From a virus (lineage: Duplodnaviria; Caudoviricetes): a stretch of 64,000 bases of DNA. Position numbers and translations under genes: made by a program. Under the pieces are notes generated by a model that worked only from the letters and a program-made list of their open reading frames with translations, had not been told where the DNA came from and did not search any database. Location: IMG/VR virus record IMGVR_UViG_3300032365_000024, positions 1-64,000 of that record; one strand, written 5' to 3'. Numbering within the stretch: position 1 is the first letter of the stretch; every line of letters begins with the position of its first letter. Of the stretch, positions 28,169-39,045 are shown piece after piece.

Positions 28169-31100
28169 TTAAGATTCTCTATCTTTATCAAAACGTCCTT
28201 CACCTCTAATTATAGTAAGACCAGAACTCTTAGCAAGTTTTTCTAAAACGTCTGTCTTTGTTGCTGCATCATCACCAGCCTTAGATAAAATAGCACGGAC
28301 AAATTCATTATAATTTGCATCATTCGGTGTAAATAAATCGGTCTTTAATTGATCTAATGCCTCATCTGCATCAATATTTAATAACTCAAGAATAAATCTA
28401 ATTGGTAAAGCTCCCTTTTGGAAAAGATTAAACATAAAGTCTTGAAGTTCTGTATTATCACGTAATGCCAATCGTGTAAATTGGAGTTTTGGATACAATA
28501 AAACTTTATTTCCGAATTCGTCTATTTCAAAGAAACCTTTCTTTTCAGCTACTGGTGCAAATAAATATTGTTCAACAAATTCTGCTATAGTTTCACGATA
28601 TAATAGATACATTGTATTCATTACGTCTAAGTGAATACGTTCACCAGAATATGAAGATTCTCCCGTTAGCATGGATTCCGTAATGCGTAAACCTATAAAT
28701 AATAATTTATTTGTGATGTCATATTCGGTACTTAAATCAAGTAAACGATCACGAGATCCAACTTCATCCCAATGAACTTCGAAGTTAGTAACAACAGTAA
28801 AATCAGGATCAATTATAGCTTGTTCAATTTGATCACGCAAAGCTTCAACATCAACTTCAGACATTTTATCCGCCCAAACAACCCGCTTCGGGGTCATAGC
28901 CCGTGAAGCAATGCTTGTTTGTGCCTGTCGAAGTTTGTCTTGATATGTAAGTGTACGTAAGCAATTATATGTATGTGTAAAATTAGCAAAGAAAGAATGA
29001 TCTTCCGATACATTCATACTATATACTAAGCCATCATATTTTTGATTACTAATTGATTTAATAGGTAAATATAAATAATTATTATATATAATATGCTTCT
29101 TTCCAGAATCTGATCGTCTTTGAATATCTATACTATTTAATTTTACGGATCTGCCATCTTTAAGAACTAATAAATCGTTAGAACATCCGAATACTATAGA
29201 ATACTGAGCTTTGGCGTCTGATATTTCTCCATTTGCTTGTTTAACTCTTCTTTTTTCTTTAAATCTTCTAGAAGGAGATAAACCAATGCCATAGGATAAA
29301 ATTTGTAACTGATCAATAAGGTCTTTAGTTGTCATACAAATTGATGCATCAATATATTCTGATTGATTTTTATACTTACTAACCCATCCATCTGAATCAA
29401 ATAACCCATTCAGTAGTCCTATTTTAAATCCCTCTGGTGCAGAAAATACCCATTCAGGTAAATGTTTATCTTTCTTATTATGACCAAAATTTCTGCCAAG
29501 CCAACGATTAAACCAATCTGTAGTTATACTAAACCTGTTTATTGTATTCTGATGGGATATTTCACCAATACTTAAACCAATATTGTTTATAATTTGTTGA
29601 ATATACGCAACTGATTTAACACTATTTATAGTATTGCGACAATAACAAATACCAGATGGTCCATATAATGTAGGAGTTTTTCTATGTTCTATCCATCCAT
29701 CTCCTAAGAAATATCCAATTAAATACCCAAATTCTTTTGTCAATTTAAGTTCTGACGGACATTCTTGTTCTTCAATTTTTTGATATAATTTCAAAGTATC
29801 TATTTTAGCTGGTCGGAAAAGACGTCCTTTGACTTTATACTTTGATCTTTCATTTATAACTATTGGAGTCTCATATCCAATAAAAGCAAGATCTCGTATA
29901 ATGGCTCTGTAAACAGAATCTCCCATACCCATAAAAATAGCTCTAAAATCTTCTGAAACTAAAACAATCTCTTCCTTTAGAGAACTAATCCAATTTGCTA
30001 CTTGTGATAATAAATTTGTCCGATTAGTTCTTTGTGGATTTTCATCCATCCATGAATGTCTCAGGATAAGTTTATCTCCTCTATACTCTGGACATATATC
30101 TACTGATCGAATATCTTTAGAATCACGATGTTCGTATGTCCATTTTTCCTCAGAAAAGAATTTATATAAATCTATTTTATCAATTGTATGATCTGATTTA
30201 ATAGAAGGAGTTCTAATGAAATCATTATCTTTAATATCTTTAGCTAAAATCTGTACTTCTTGATTATCTCTTAATACTGATATTTTATGATCTGGAGTAC
30301 ATCGGATAGAATCATAAAGTTTATGAAAATTTAATTCAACAATATCACCTGAATATTGTCTTGATCCATATTCAAATTTTCTCCAATTCCCTGACCCGCC
30401 AAGTACCTCATCATATTCAGGATCAAGCGTCTCAATCGGGACTTGTAAGATCTGTCCATCACGGCGAACAGTAACTTCAGTTCCAGGAAGATGGCATCTT
30501 TCCAATAATGAAATACCACGGTCATCATATGCTGATTTCTTATGTGCTAAATGATAACAAAATGATGAACATAAAAAGTCATCATATGGACTAACATTAA
30601 GTGGAATAGGTTGGCCACTCAATAAGTTTTCACGAATTTGTTCAGGTATATCCTCAGCGATTTTTATTGCATCTGGATCGCTCTGTTCCATCGCCTTCAT
30701 AACGACGTTTCTATCCTTCGTAGAAGGAATGAGCTCCATTTTAGCGCGATTAGTATATTGAAAAACCTCTAATTTTATCTGTTCTGGTGGAAGAATTTGT
30801 AGACGTTCCCAACCCCTATAATTTTTAGCTACATATTCACGAATATTTACTTGCTGTTCGGTTTCTGACTTTGGTGTGTATTTACGTTCCTTCTTACGAA
30901 CAGCACGACCAGCATAATCTATTTCCCCAACCTCTTCCTCTTTAATATCATGTAAAAGACTCTCAGGGATATCCTCTGTCATATCATGATCTTCAGCAAA
31001 AATAAAAACATTTCCATGCAACCAATACTCATGTGTCGCATCATATAAGGTTTGAAATAATCTAACCCTATTACACATTTGTGTATAAAAATGTAAGATT

Positions 31101-32638
31101 TGTTTATTTTTAGCCGTATCCTTCCCTTTTGGAAGAGAAAGACGAATCTTTGACATTGGGACATCGGTGTGGAAGTCTATTGCCGCACCGACAATAGGAT
31201 GTGTATTATGAGTGGCTAATCCATAAGCTATGTAACTCTTACCATCCCCATCACAATCAACTTCAAAATTATATACTGGACCTTCATATGAAATGGCCTC
31301 AAGTTCTTCAATTCGATGCAAAAAACCATATTCTGATTTAACTACATATACTCGAGTTGAACTAGCCGTATAACTACCAGAGACAAAATTAGCATATTTA
31401 CTAAATACGTCATAATATCTACCAGGAAATGATACATAATGGACAGTTCCTGGTGGAAAGATGTGGCCATTTATATTTCTTTCAGGCTTGTCATACTTAG
31501 AGTTATGTGATGGGATTCTCAAACGCAGCAGCATATTGTGAACTTGAGAAGCCAAATCCTCACTCATAGTATCAATAGTATATGAATTATCAGTAAAACA
31601 CCCATCCCCATTCCAGTATGCTCCGAGGAATTCAAGCATCTGCTCGGAATTAGCATGAACTATATCTTCATGAAGGTGTTTTTCATGAGAACCACAACCG
31701 ACATATTTATTACAAAATTTTGCAAACCCAACCCCGTCACATACAACCTTTGTTGTATGTCTCACTTCATCAGTATAAATACGAGCTTTTTTACCAAAGG
31801 CCCTGAAATACATATCCTGTATTTCCACGGCAATAGTTGTAGCTTCATCCAGTGACAGTGAAAATTCAACCCCCCGAACTACACCGGCGCTACGATATGC
31901 AAACGATCCCTCAGCTGCATAATAACCAAGAAGACGTAGCTTGTCGCGTGACAAGCCGCAATCTTTAGATCCACCCATCCATGGAGCTACAATATAGTCT
32001 CCAACTTGGAGATCCTTGACATAAATATATTCAGGCTTTATGAATGCAGTATCAAAGCATTTTGTTCTACAACAAATAGAATTTTCACCTGACTTGCAAG
32101 CATCTGGAACCCAACGACAATCAACATCTTCCGCATGTAACACATAGAATGGGTGGTTACCAGTCGCAAAAATCTCTGATTGAACACCACGAACCTTCAT
32201 CCGAACAATATTATCAGATATGTCGCACTTAAATAACTTGGAAACTTTTACTTGTTCCCCAAGTCCGTTAGGAACTGAGTCACCAACCGTTATCTCTTCT
32301 ATAGGAACCGTCGTTCCATCCCACGTAGTAACCGGAGCCCCCGGTGGAAAACAAGTATACCAAAAACGAAATAATTCACGCTTCTCTCGATCAGATTGAG
32401 GAAGTTCTAAGAAGTCTGTGGATAATTGTGGACTGTAAAAATTAGAATCCGCATCACGAATTGATGCAGATGAATTGCCGAAATCATTATTAAAAGCAGC
32501 AATTCTAATGGATTGAGATGCTTCTCGTCTTGCAAGTTTTTCAAGCTTAGTAAGTCTACTACGTTTACGCGGCTGCGTATCAACCGTAGCAACAGGCATT
32601 GCTTGAACTTCTGGTTGGATTGCGACCTTTTTCTTCAT
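28169..32638 (-). CDS. Portal protein with two inteins (about 595 aa after splicing)
   Basis: Spliced FRFWYT|THPIVGAAIDFHTDVP..HEYWLHGNVF..ILPPE..GISLLER|CLRTL..QTSIASRAMTP..LFIGLRIT pattern; lies between terminase and protease. Confidence 0.8.
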   Translation of the reverse strand: MKKKVAIQPEVQAMPVATVDTQPRKRSRLTKLEKLARREASQSIRIAAFNNDFGNSSASIRDADSNFYSPQLSTDFLELPQSDREKRELFRFWYTCFPPGAPVTTWDGTTVPIEEITVGDSVPNGLGEQVKVSKLFKCDISDNIVRMKVRGVQSEIFATGNHPFYVLHAEDVDCRWVPDACKSGENSICCRTKCFDTAFIKPEYIYVKDLQVGDYIVAPWMGGSKDCGLSRDKLRLLGYYAAEGSFAYRSAGVVRGVEFSLSLDEATTIAVEIQDMYFRAFGKKARIYTDEVRHTTKVVCDGVGFAKFCNKYVGCGSHEKHLHEDIVHANSEQMLEFLGAYWNGDGCFTDNSYTIDTMSEDLASQVHNMLLRLRIPSHNSKYDKPERNINGHIFPPGTVHYVSFPGRYYDVFSKYANFVSGSYTASSTRVYVVKSEYGFLHRIEELEAISYEGPVYNFEVDCDGDGKSYIAYGLATHNTHPIVGAAIDFHTDVPMSKIRLSLPKGKDTAKNKQILHFYTQMCNRVRLFQTLYDATHEYWLHGNVFIFAEDHDMTEDIPESLLHDIKEEEVGEIDYAGRAVRKKERKYTPKSETEQQVNIREYVAKNYRGWERLQILPPEQIKLEVFQYTNRAKMELIPSTKDRNVVMKAMEQSDPDAIKIAEDIPEQIRENLLSGQPIPLNVSPYDDFLCSSFCYHLAHKKSAYDDRGISLLERCHLPGTEVTVRRDGQILQVPIETLDPEYDEVLGGSGNWRKFEYGSRQYSGDIVELNFHKLYDSIRCTPDHKISVLRDNQEVQILAKDIKDNDFIRTPSIKSDHTIDKIDLYKFFSEEKWTYEHRDSKDIRSVDICPEYRGDKLILRHSWMDENPQRTNRTNLLSQVANWISSLKEEIVLVSEDFRAIFMGMGDSVYRAIIRDLAFIGYETPIVINERSKYKVKGRLFRPAKIDTLKLYQKIEEQECPSELKLTKEFGYLIGYFLGDGWIEHRKTPTLYGPSGICYCRNTINSVKSVAYIQQIINNIGLSIGEISHQNTINRFSITTDWFNRWLGRNFGHNKKDKHLPEWVFSAPEGFKIGLLNGLFDSDGWVSKYKNQSEYIDASICMTTKDLIDQLQILSYGIGLSPSRRFKEKRRVKQANGEISDAKAQYSIVFGCSNDLLVLKDGRSVKLNSIDIQRRSDSGKKHIIYNNYLYLPIKSISNQKYDGLVYSMNVSEDHSFFANFTHTYNCLRTLTYQDKLRQAQTSIASRAMTPKRVVWADKMSEVDVEALRDQIEQAIIDPDFTVVTNFEVHWDEVGSRDRLLDLSTEYDITNKLLFIGLRITESMLTGESSYSGERIHLDVMNTMYLLYRETIAEFVEQYLFAPVAEKKGFFEIDEFGNKVLLYPKLQFTRLALRDNTELQDFMFNLFQKGALPIRFILELLNIDADEALDQLKTDLFTPNDANYNEFVRAILSKAGDDAATKTDVLEKLAKSSGLTIIRGEGRFDKDRES
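28964..30496 (-). mobile_element. Portal intein 2 (511 aa, LAGLIDADG)
   Basis: CHLPGT..; block B CTPDHKI; LIGYFLGDG and LLNGLFDSDG; VYSMNVSEDHSFFAN..TYN|C. Confidence 0.92.
31205..32353 (-). mobile_element. Portal intein 1 (383 aa, LAGLIDADG)
   Basis: CFPPGA..; block B ATGNHPF; LLGYYAAEG and FLGAYWNGDG; VYNFEVD..LATHN|T. Confidence 0.92.
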
Positions 32639-32670
32639 GGTCTAAACAATCATATTTCGCAAAAAGCGTA

Positions 32671-33066
32671 TCATTCTCTGGTTAGATTCGGGTCCATAAC
32701 GGCCTGACGAATATCTCCCATGGTCAATGTTTGTGTTCGAGTAGTATCTCGAACAAGACTAGAAAGTCGGTTGTTTATACCAGTTACAACAGTAAGAACA
32801 GATCTAATATGTAATTTCTGAGCTACCATCCCATATTTAGTATATGGTGATCGATTACATATATCCAAAAAATTTTTATAAAGTGAAAGAGCTTCCCTTA
32901 AAATAGATGACGCCGCATGAATCTTTTTACGAGCAGCCTCATATAGTATTATTGCGTCATTCAAATCTCTTTCTCGCTCTCGAATTTCCCTATCAGTTAG
33001 TTTAAGAATTTCAGTTTTCTCCCTTAGTTTAGATAATTTATCTGAAATTGAAGTCATAACAAACAT
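32671..33066 (-). CDS. Hypothetical coiled-coil protein
   Basis: 131 aa; start overlaps the upstream stop. Confidence 0.5.
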   Translation of the reverse strand: MFVMTSISDKLSKLREKTEILKLTDREIRERERDLNDAIILYEAARKKIHAASSILREALSLYKNFLDICNRSPYTKYGMVAQKLHIRSVLTVVTGINNRLSSLVRDTTRTQTLTMGDIRQAVMDPNLTRE

Positions 33067-33314
33067 TACCTACAGTTAGTTGTATTGAAAATACTTCGAT
33101 AGTTTATAAATGCTTCTAATATATCTTCAAGAATTTTAGCATTCTTCATATCACCTGCCATAATTCCTTCCCAAGTCCCACCACGATTCATATAAATATT
33201 AAAAATAACAACAAATTCATCTGAGGATATTTTTTCATCCTCTCCATATATATGATCCATCATTTGACGGGTTATTTTATATGCAGTTGTATCTTTTATA
33301 CCAGCGCGTTCCAC
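33066..33314 (-). CDS. Hypothetical protein
   Basis: 82 aa between terminase and portal genes. Confidence 0.45.
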   Translation of the reverse strand: MERAGIKDTTAYKITRQMMDHIYGEDEKISSDEFVVIFNIYMNRGGTWEGIMAGDMKNAKILEDILEAFINYRSIFNTTNCR

Positions 33315-33336
33315 AATATTATTTTTTAGTGGAAGT

Positions 33337-36300
33337 TCAGCGATTCCGGGGTATCATTCTTTCACGAATAACCCCATGTATTTTATTCCGCATCCGATGA
33401 TAACTATTATACCCAGCAAATGATCGGGCTAATGAAATTTCATTCCCGTTTTTAGCACCAGAAACTAAAGCAGATGGATTTAAGCATAAATATTCTGATG
33501 CCAATAAAACTGATCGAGCAATAGCATCTGATTGATCATCATGTTTACCTGCTATTTTCGGTGCTTCTACAATAGTTATATTTTTACCACCAGATGTTGC
33601 CTGCAATTCAAGAATTTCTTCAATAATTGGAGAATGTTTAACTCCTGATTCACCACCTTCTGGTAATGGCCAATCATAAAGTCTAAGCTGTTGATTTAGC
33701 ATAAACATTCGAAATGTGTTATACATTTGTGAAGAATCTGAAGTAAAGAAATTTCGCATTTCAAATTGCTTCAAGTTATGTTTATGCAATACCTGTTCGA
33801 AAACAGGACCAGCCCATTGATCAAAAACTCCTTTATGAATATAAAATCTACGGGATAAAGCAAAAAACCATTCAGCAATTGATTCCATATCAAGACGTTT
33901 AACATCTTGCAATTTCAAACAATATGGAATAACTGGCGTACTTAGATGCGGATTACTCTCCTTCCACGATTTTTTCGGATACCAAATTTCATGGTATACT
34001 AATTCAATTTTTCCCTCATTTATACGAGTTAATACGATACTTGTTCCGTCATTAACTAAACCAAAGTCAACACCAGCAAAATGTATTTCTCGAGGGTTAC
34101 CACGTAATTTTGGACGTAAAACTGGATCAATACAATCAGTTAAATCTTTAGCATCTTCAATCCAACCACGAACACGATCTGAAAATTCTGCTCCATGTTC
34201 AGTCATAAAAGCACGTGGATCTTTAAAATATTCTTTTTCATAATAACTACGATCAAGCGTCGGGTTTACCTCCCATGTCGGCGCCTGAATCATTAACATG
34301 TCTGAAGATCCTCTATCTCTAGACATGGCCATTTGATACTGCTGATATAAAAAGCCCTCACGTGCATCAGGTGAAGAAATAAGAATCATTCGACCTTCTG
34401 ACGGCCCGATCGGTTTCTGACGATTTTTAACATCTTTAGGTGAAAACTGAGCAAGGGACGGATTCATTGCCCTATATATTTGACGTGCTGACGAATTGTG
34501 ATTAGTTATGCCAGCTGCAACAAATTGATTTCCACACGGAACATAAATATCATAAACATGATCCTCACATTCGCTAATACTAATAATCGGATCCCAAAAA
34601 TAATGAGTATTACATATATGTTTTAAACAATGAATATCTTTATTGTCAATACCAAGAATATTAATAAATTTTATAAATTTATTAATATTATCATAACATG
34701 AATTACTTAATTTTTTAGGATCTAAAGCTAAACCAAGTATTCTATATGTACGTGTTCTATTATTAGTTAACCTTGGAATAGAAGAAAGTATTCTATGGAA
34801 TCGTTTATTTTGATTAGGAACAGAATCAGATGCTTCTCGACCATTCAATAAACCACGCAAAAGCTGATTATTCTTTCTATTAGTAATGAATCCAATATAT
34901 TTAGCAAATCTTTTTCTTGATTCAAAACCACGAACTCTTAATATATATTTATCTGGTCTATATTTAACTGATGAAACTATTCCAAAATTAAGTAAAATGT
35001 ATTGAACTTCATGGGCTAATTGATTACTAACAGTACAAAAACTAATAGTACCACCATCATGTTCACATCCACCATCAGTTTCAAATAAACCAGATAAAAA
35101 AGCCGCTACAACAGATCGTGGACTTTGTAAAATTGACCACGGTATGTGTTTTGAACGGGGTTTAGAATAATCGTAACCAAGTTTATATAAAAATGTACGA
35201 AGAGGTCTTGAATTAACTGTTATATCCCAAAGAAATAATAAACATGTAGATCTATCATTTATTTTTCTATGAATTTTGTGTCTTCCAAATAATTTATCAA
35301 AGAAACACTCAAGATACTCTCTAAATTCCTCACAACCACCAGTAACCTGAATACCATCATATCTAGTCCAAGATCCATCTCCAACTAAAATACCAAGCAA
35401 TCTTCCATAATCTTCATTCAAAATAACTGGTAAATTAATAAATCCACGTCCATATATATCAACATTATCTAAATCAGTTTTATACCATCTTATGGTTTCA
35501 TTAGATATAGGAGAACATAATTTATACTTTAATTTCCATTTACGAACAATAGAATCAAGTCTAGATTTACGAAGTCCAAATCGTTTAGCAACAGTTTTCT
35601 TATTGATATCTACATATGATTCTATTGTCTTTATCCAAGAAGAAAAATTTTCTAATTCATGAAAATAAGGTTTCACTCCACATAATAAACAGTCATGTAT
35701 ATATTCTAATGTATTTACATATTTACTAGTCCATAAATATGTTTCTCTATGTATACCAACAAAATCTCCAATTTTAAGTTCATCCAATCTCTTCCAAATA
35801 ATACATCCATCATTAGACATAACACGAATACGATGATTAAAAGTACCACCAAGTTCATATCCACATTTAGTAATTATATTTTTTACTGGCTTAATACCAT
35901 TTATAAAAAATTTTGAAGAAAAATTATGTGAATTTACACCCTCTTGAGCAATTCTATGAATACAATTCTGTTCTTCAAATCCATTCAAATCTCCCAATTT
36001 CTCTATAGGTAATAATCCTTGTTCAGTTAATACAAGCGTACCCTTCTTTAAGCATCTACCATTATCAATAAAGAAGGCAATCTCATCAAGAATAGCACAA
36101 ATTACACCACGACCACGTAAGCCCTTAGCAATAGAACTCTTGAATGAGGCAACAAGTGTCGAATTATGATTAGTAAACCCCTGAGATATAAATGATTCTC
36201 CATTTGGAACTGATAAATCATAAACTCTATTAGTAGAATTAGTAATACACTTGACCTTATCAAAGTAATATTTTGATTTAATGATTGCTTCTAATTCCAC

Positions 36301-38433
36301 TAATAAATTAAATGGCACTTTAGCATCATTTGCTATAGAAATACATAATTTCAAATTATCATATGAAATTCCACCATGACGCTTTTTACTAAGAGCATCA
36401 CCAGATACTTTAATAAATTGTGTTTTATAATTACATCCATGTATATTATCAAGTATTATAGACAATAAATTATATAGTCCATATATAACTTCTCTGTTTT
36501 TATATAATTTAACCTTATTAAGTCGTGAATTTTTTCTGTTAGTAATGAATCGAATATCACTTCTGAATATTTCATGAGATTTAATTCCAATTAAATTAAC
36601 ATCATAATAATAACGTTTATAAATTTTATTAAATTTTGCATGTAAATTAGATACTATTCCAAAATTTAATAAAAGTAATTGTACTTCCATAGCAAGCTTT
36701 TTTGAAGCAGTGGTGAATGATACTTTTTTACCATCTCTAGTTACTGTTCCATCAGTTTCAAATAAACCACGTAAGTATGCAGCAACTACTGATTTTGGAG
36801 ATCGTAATATTGAATAAGGGACATGTTTATTTTTAGGTATAGCATTCCCATATCCGAGACTGTTCACGAATCTACAAAGTGGTTTAGAAAATATACGAAT
36901 AGTCCACGGATATTCAGGACCATTTGAATGTGAAGATCTTTGATCTATAAATGAATAATGACCAAATTTGCGAATAAATAAATCACATACATATTTACAA
37001 AATTCAGAACAACCACCAGTAATTTCAATACCAGATTTCTTATTCCATGTACCATCACCAGTTAAAATCCCTAAAAGTTCTCCCCATTCTTCATCAAGGT
37101 ATTCAGGTAAATCTATTTTTCTTTTATTTAATTTATTAATTGCATTAATTTTTAATTCATTAAAATCAATATCTGTTGGTAACCAGCGAATATTTGAACC
37201 GCATCCAAATTTTGGTGATTTAACTCTCTCTTTAAATTTATATCCACATTCATCAAAATAATTAAATAAATCACGTAATGAACCACGTATACCTAAATTA
37301 GATTTAAGTTCTTGTATTGTCATAATGACAGGATTAGTAAGACTTCTAATCCAAGAAATAAACTTTAATGCCTTTTGTAGATATACATGATTATATTGAT
37401 TTAATGATTCTATAGCTAAATTATGTGTATCTACATATTTTTCAGACCATAAATTTGTAGTCTTATTTATACAAATCTGATCACCGAGTTTTATATCACT
37501 TAAAAACTTCCATCTAATACCAAATTCAGATAACACTTTAACACGATGAGTATATGTACCATTGATCTCATATCCATGAGTTGTAGTAATAATTTTTGTT
37601 AATTGATTACCACCATTATAAAAATATTTAGCTTGTGACCTAACAGATTCACCTTCTTGAGCAATTGTAATATTTATAGGCTGCAATTCTGTACCATTTG
37701 GATTCCCAAGTTCTTCTATTGGTATTAATCCATTTGATGTAAGAACTAAAGACCCCTCACATATACATTTTCCTCCATTACCAAATTTTTTGCGATCATT
37801 TTCAGTACGAAATCGCATGAAGGTTTGAGTACTATTAGCAATAGCACCTTTAAAATAATCAACTGCTTCAACATGTGCTTGCATATCACCATAAACAATA
37901 GATGCCTGATCCTTATCATTAGCAATACAAAATATTCTTATTTCAGACCCAGACGGCATACCGTAGTATGCTTGCGGATGACCACGACAAATTAATTTAT
38001 ACAATTCATATGCAGCAATTATAGCAGACAAGGAACTTTTTCCACTTCGTCGTCCCAAAATCAATATTAATTCATGACGCTCCATATTATCTTGTTCACG
38101 TATATTGCATCTTCCATGATCGTATAAATATCGAAGATACTCAACTTCAGTAAATTCATATAGAACCTTTTCATTAAGTTTATCTTTAATTATAATATTT
38201 TTCTCAGTATCATCAAGTTTAATATTATAATATAATTTAATTATAAATTTCTGAACTGGATATAATCCGTATGGAAAAAGTTTAAATCTCTCTACAAAAG
38301 ATACTATATCAAGAAAATCAACATCACCCTCAGCACGACCAGAATCTTCTGTTAATTTTAAACGCTTACCATGAAGAAATGTATCAATTGTCCCAGTAAG
38401 TTGACTCTTATAAGTAGGTTCTTTTATAGGCAT
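33337..38433 (-). CDS. terL: Terminase large subunit with two inteins (about 643 aa after splicing)
   Basis: Walker A LILGRRSGKS; Walker B AILDEIAF; ILISSP coupling motif; RNase H-like nuclease HFAGVDFG..VFDQW..KHDDQSDA. Confidence 0.92.
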   Translation of the reverse strand: MPIKEPTYKSQLTGTIDTFLHGKRLKLTEDSGRAEGDVDFLDIVSFVERFKLFPYGLYPVQKFIIKLYYNIKLDDTEKNIIIKDKLNEKVLYEFTEVEYLRYLYDHGRCNIREQDNMERHELILILGRRSGKSSLSAIIAAYELYKLICRGHPQAYYGMPSGSEIRIFCIANDKDQASIVYGDMQAHVEAVDYFKGAIANSTQTFMRFRTENDRKKFGNGGKCICEGSLVLTSNGLIPIEELGNPNGTELQPINITIAQEGESVRSQAKYFYNGGNQLTKIITTTHGYEINGTYTHRVKVLSEFGIRWKFLSDIKLGDQICINKTTNLWSEKYVDTHNLAIESLNQYNHVYLQKALKFISWIRSLTNPVIMTIQELKSNLGIRGSLRDLFNYFDECGYKFKERVKSPKFGCGSNIRWLPTDIDFNELKINAINKLNKRKIDLPEYLDEEWGELLGILTGDGTWNKKSGIEITGGCSEFCKYVCDLFIRKFGHYSFIDQRSSHSNGPEYPWTIRIFSKPLCRFVNSLGYGNAIPKNKHVPYSILRSPKSVVAAYLRGLFETDGTVTRDGKKVSFTTASKKLAMEVQLLLLNFGIVSNLHAKFNKIYKRYYYDVNLIGIKSHEIFRSDIRFITNRKNSRLNKVKLYKNREVIYGLYNLLSIILDNIHGCNYKTQFIKVSGDALSKKRHGGISYDNLKLCISIANDAKVPFNLLVELEAIIKSKYYFDKVKCITNSTNRVYDLSVPNGESFISQGFTNHNSTLVASFKSSIAKGLRGRGVICAILDEIAFFIDNGRCLKKGTLVLTEQGLLPIEKLGDLNGFEEQNCIHRIAQEGVNSHNFSSKFFINGIKPVKNIITKCGYELGGTFNHRIRVMSNDGCIIWKRLDELKIGDFVGIHRETYLWTSKYVNTLEYIHDCLLCGVKPYFHELENFSSWIKTIESYVDINKKTVAKRFGLRKSRLDSIVRKWKLKYKLCSPISNETIRWYKTDLDNVDIYGRGFINLPVILNEDYGRLLGILVGDGSWTRYDGIQVTGGCEEFREYLECFFDKLFGRHKIHRKINDRSTCLLFLWDITVNSRPLRTFLYKLGYDYSKPRSKHIPWSILQSPRSVVAAFLSGLFETDGGCEHDGGTISFCTVSNQLAHEVQYILLNFGIVSSVKYRPDKYILRVRGFESRKRFAKYIGFITNRKNNQLLRGLLNGREASDSVPNQNKRFHRILSSIPRLTNNRTRTYRILGLALDPKKLSNSCYDNINKFIKFINILGIDNKDIHCLKHICNTHYFWDPIISISECEDHVYDIYVPCGNQFVAAGITNHNSSARQIYRAMNPSLAQFSPKDVKNRQKPIGPSEGRMILISSPDAREGFLYQQYQMAMSRDRGSSDMLMIQAPTWEVNPTLDRSYYEKEYFKDPRAFMTEHGAEFSDRVRGWIEDAKDLTDCIDPVLRPKLRGNPREIHFAGVDFGLVNDGTSIVLTRINEGKIELVYHEIWYPKKSWKESNPHLSTPVIPYCLKLQDVKRLDMESIAEWFFALSRRFYIHKGVFDQWAGPVFEQVLHKHNLKQFEMRNFFTSDSSQMYNTFRMFMLNQQLRLYDWPLPEGGESGVKHSPIIEEILELQATSGGKNITIVEAPKIAGKHDDQSDAIARSVLLASEYLCLNPSALVSGAKNGNEISLARSFAGYNSYHRMRNKIHGVIRERMIPRNR
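34495..36054 (-). mobile_element. TerL intein 2 (520 aa, LAGLIDADG)
   Basis: CLKKGT..; LLGILVGDG and FLSGLFETDG; VYDIYVP..ITNHN|S. Confidence 0.95.
36163..37767 (-). mobile_element. TerL intein 1 (535 aa, LAGLIDADG)
   Basis: CICEGS..; LLGILTGDG and YLRGLFETDG; VYDLSVP..FTNHN|S. Confidence 0.95.
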
Positions 38434-38443
38434 ATCATTTCCA

Positions 38444-39022
38444 TCATATATTTATAATCAATTTTTCCCAATCAACCATATCTGCTTTCATAGTATTAAA
38501 AACAAGATTTATTTCATGATCTCCAAGACCAGATTTTTGCATAGCCTCATATACAAATTCCATCCATAACTTCAATATTGACTGAAATCGTGGAGATCGA
38601 AGATCAAGTTGTTCAGCTCGAAGATTTTCTGATCGTTTAATTAAAATTTCAGAAAGTTGGCGCAATGATCCTATACGTGAAATCGTATGATTAGTCGCAT
38701 TTCTACCTTCTTTAATCGCTTTATCACGTTCATATTTTAAATTAGATATTTCTTCAACAATTTCTCTAAGAGTAACCGTAATCATCTCACGAGTATCAGC
38801 ACCCCGTTCAACTGCTTGAACTATTGGCTGTTTTCGAACAAACTCCTCTCTTATTTTAATATTTCTATCAATTGCTTGCGGATCAATAAGTTCAGGAGTA
38901 GGAATTAAACCACCCTGATCAGCAATATATGGTGCTCCGAGTTCACCAGCAGATACCTTCTTACCATCTGGGAAAGTTAAAACTTTCCCAGAAGTATTAT
39001 TATCATCATCCTTATCGTCCAT
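38444..39022 (-). CDS. Candidate terminase small subunit
   Basis: 192-aa helical protein immediately upstream of terL; position only. Confidence 0.4.
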   Translation of the reverse strand: MDDKDDDNNTSGKVLTFPDGKKVSAGELGAPYIADQGGLIPTPELIDPQAIDRNIKIREEFVRKQPIVQAVERGADTREMITVTLREIVEEISNLKYERDKAIKEGRNATNHTISRIGSLRQLSEILIKRSENLRAEQLDLRSPRFQSILKLWMEFVYEAMQKSGLGDHEINLVFNTMKADMVDWEKLIINI

Positions 39023-39045
39023 TTAGGACGACCTTACCACATGAA

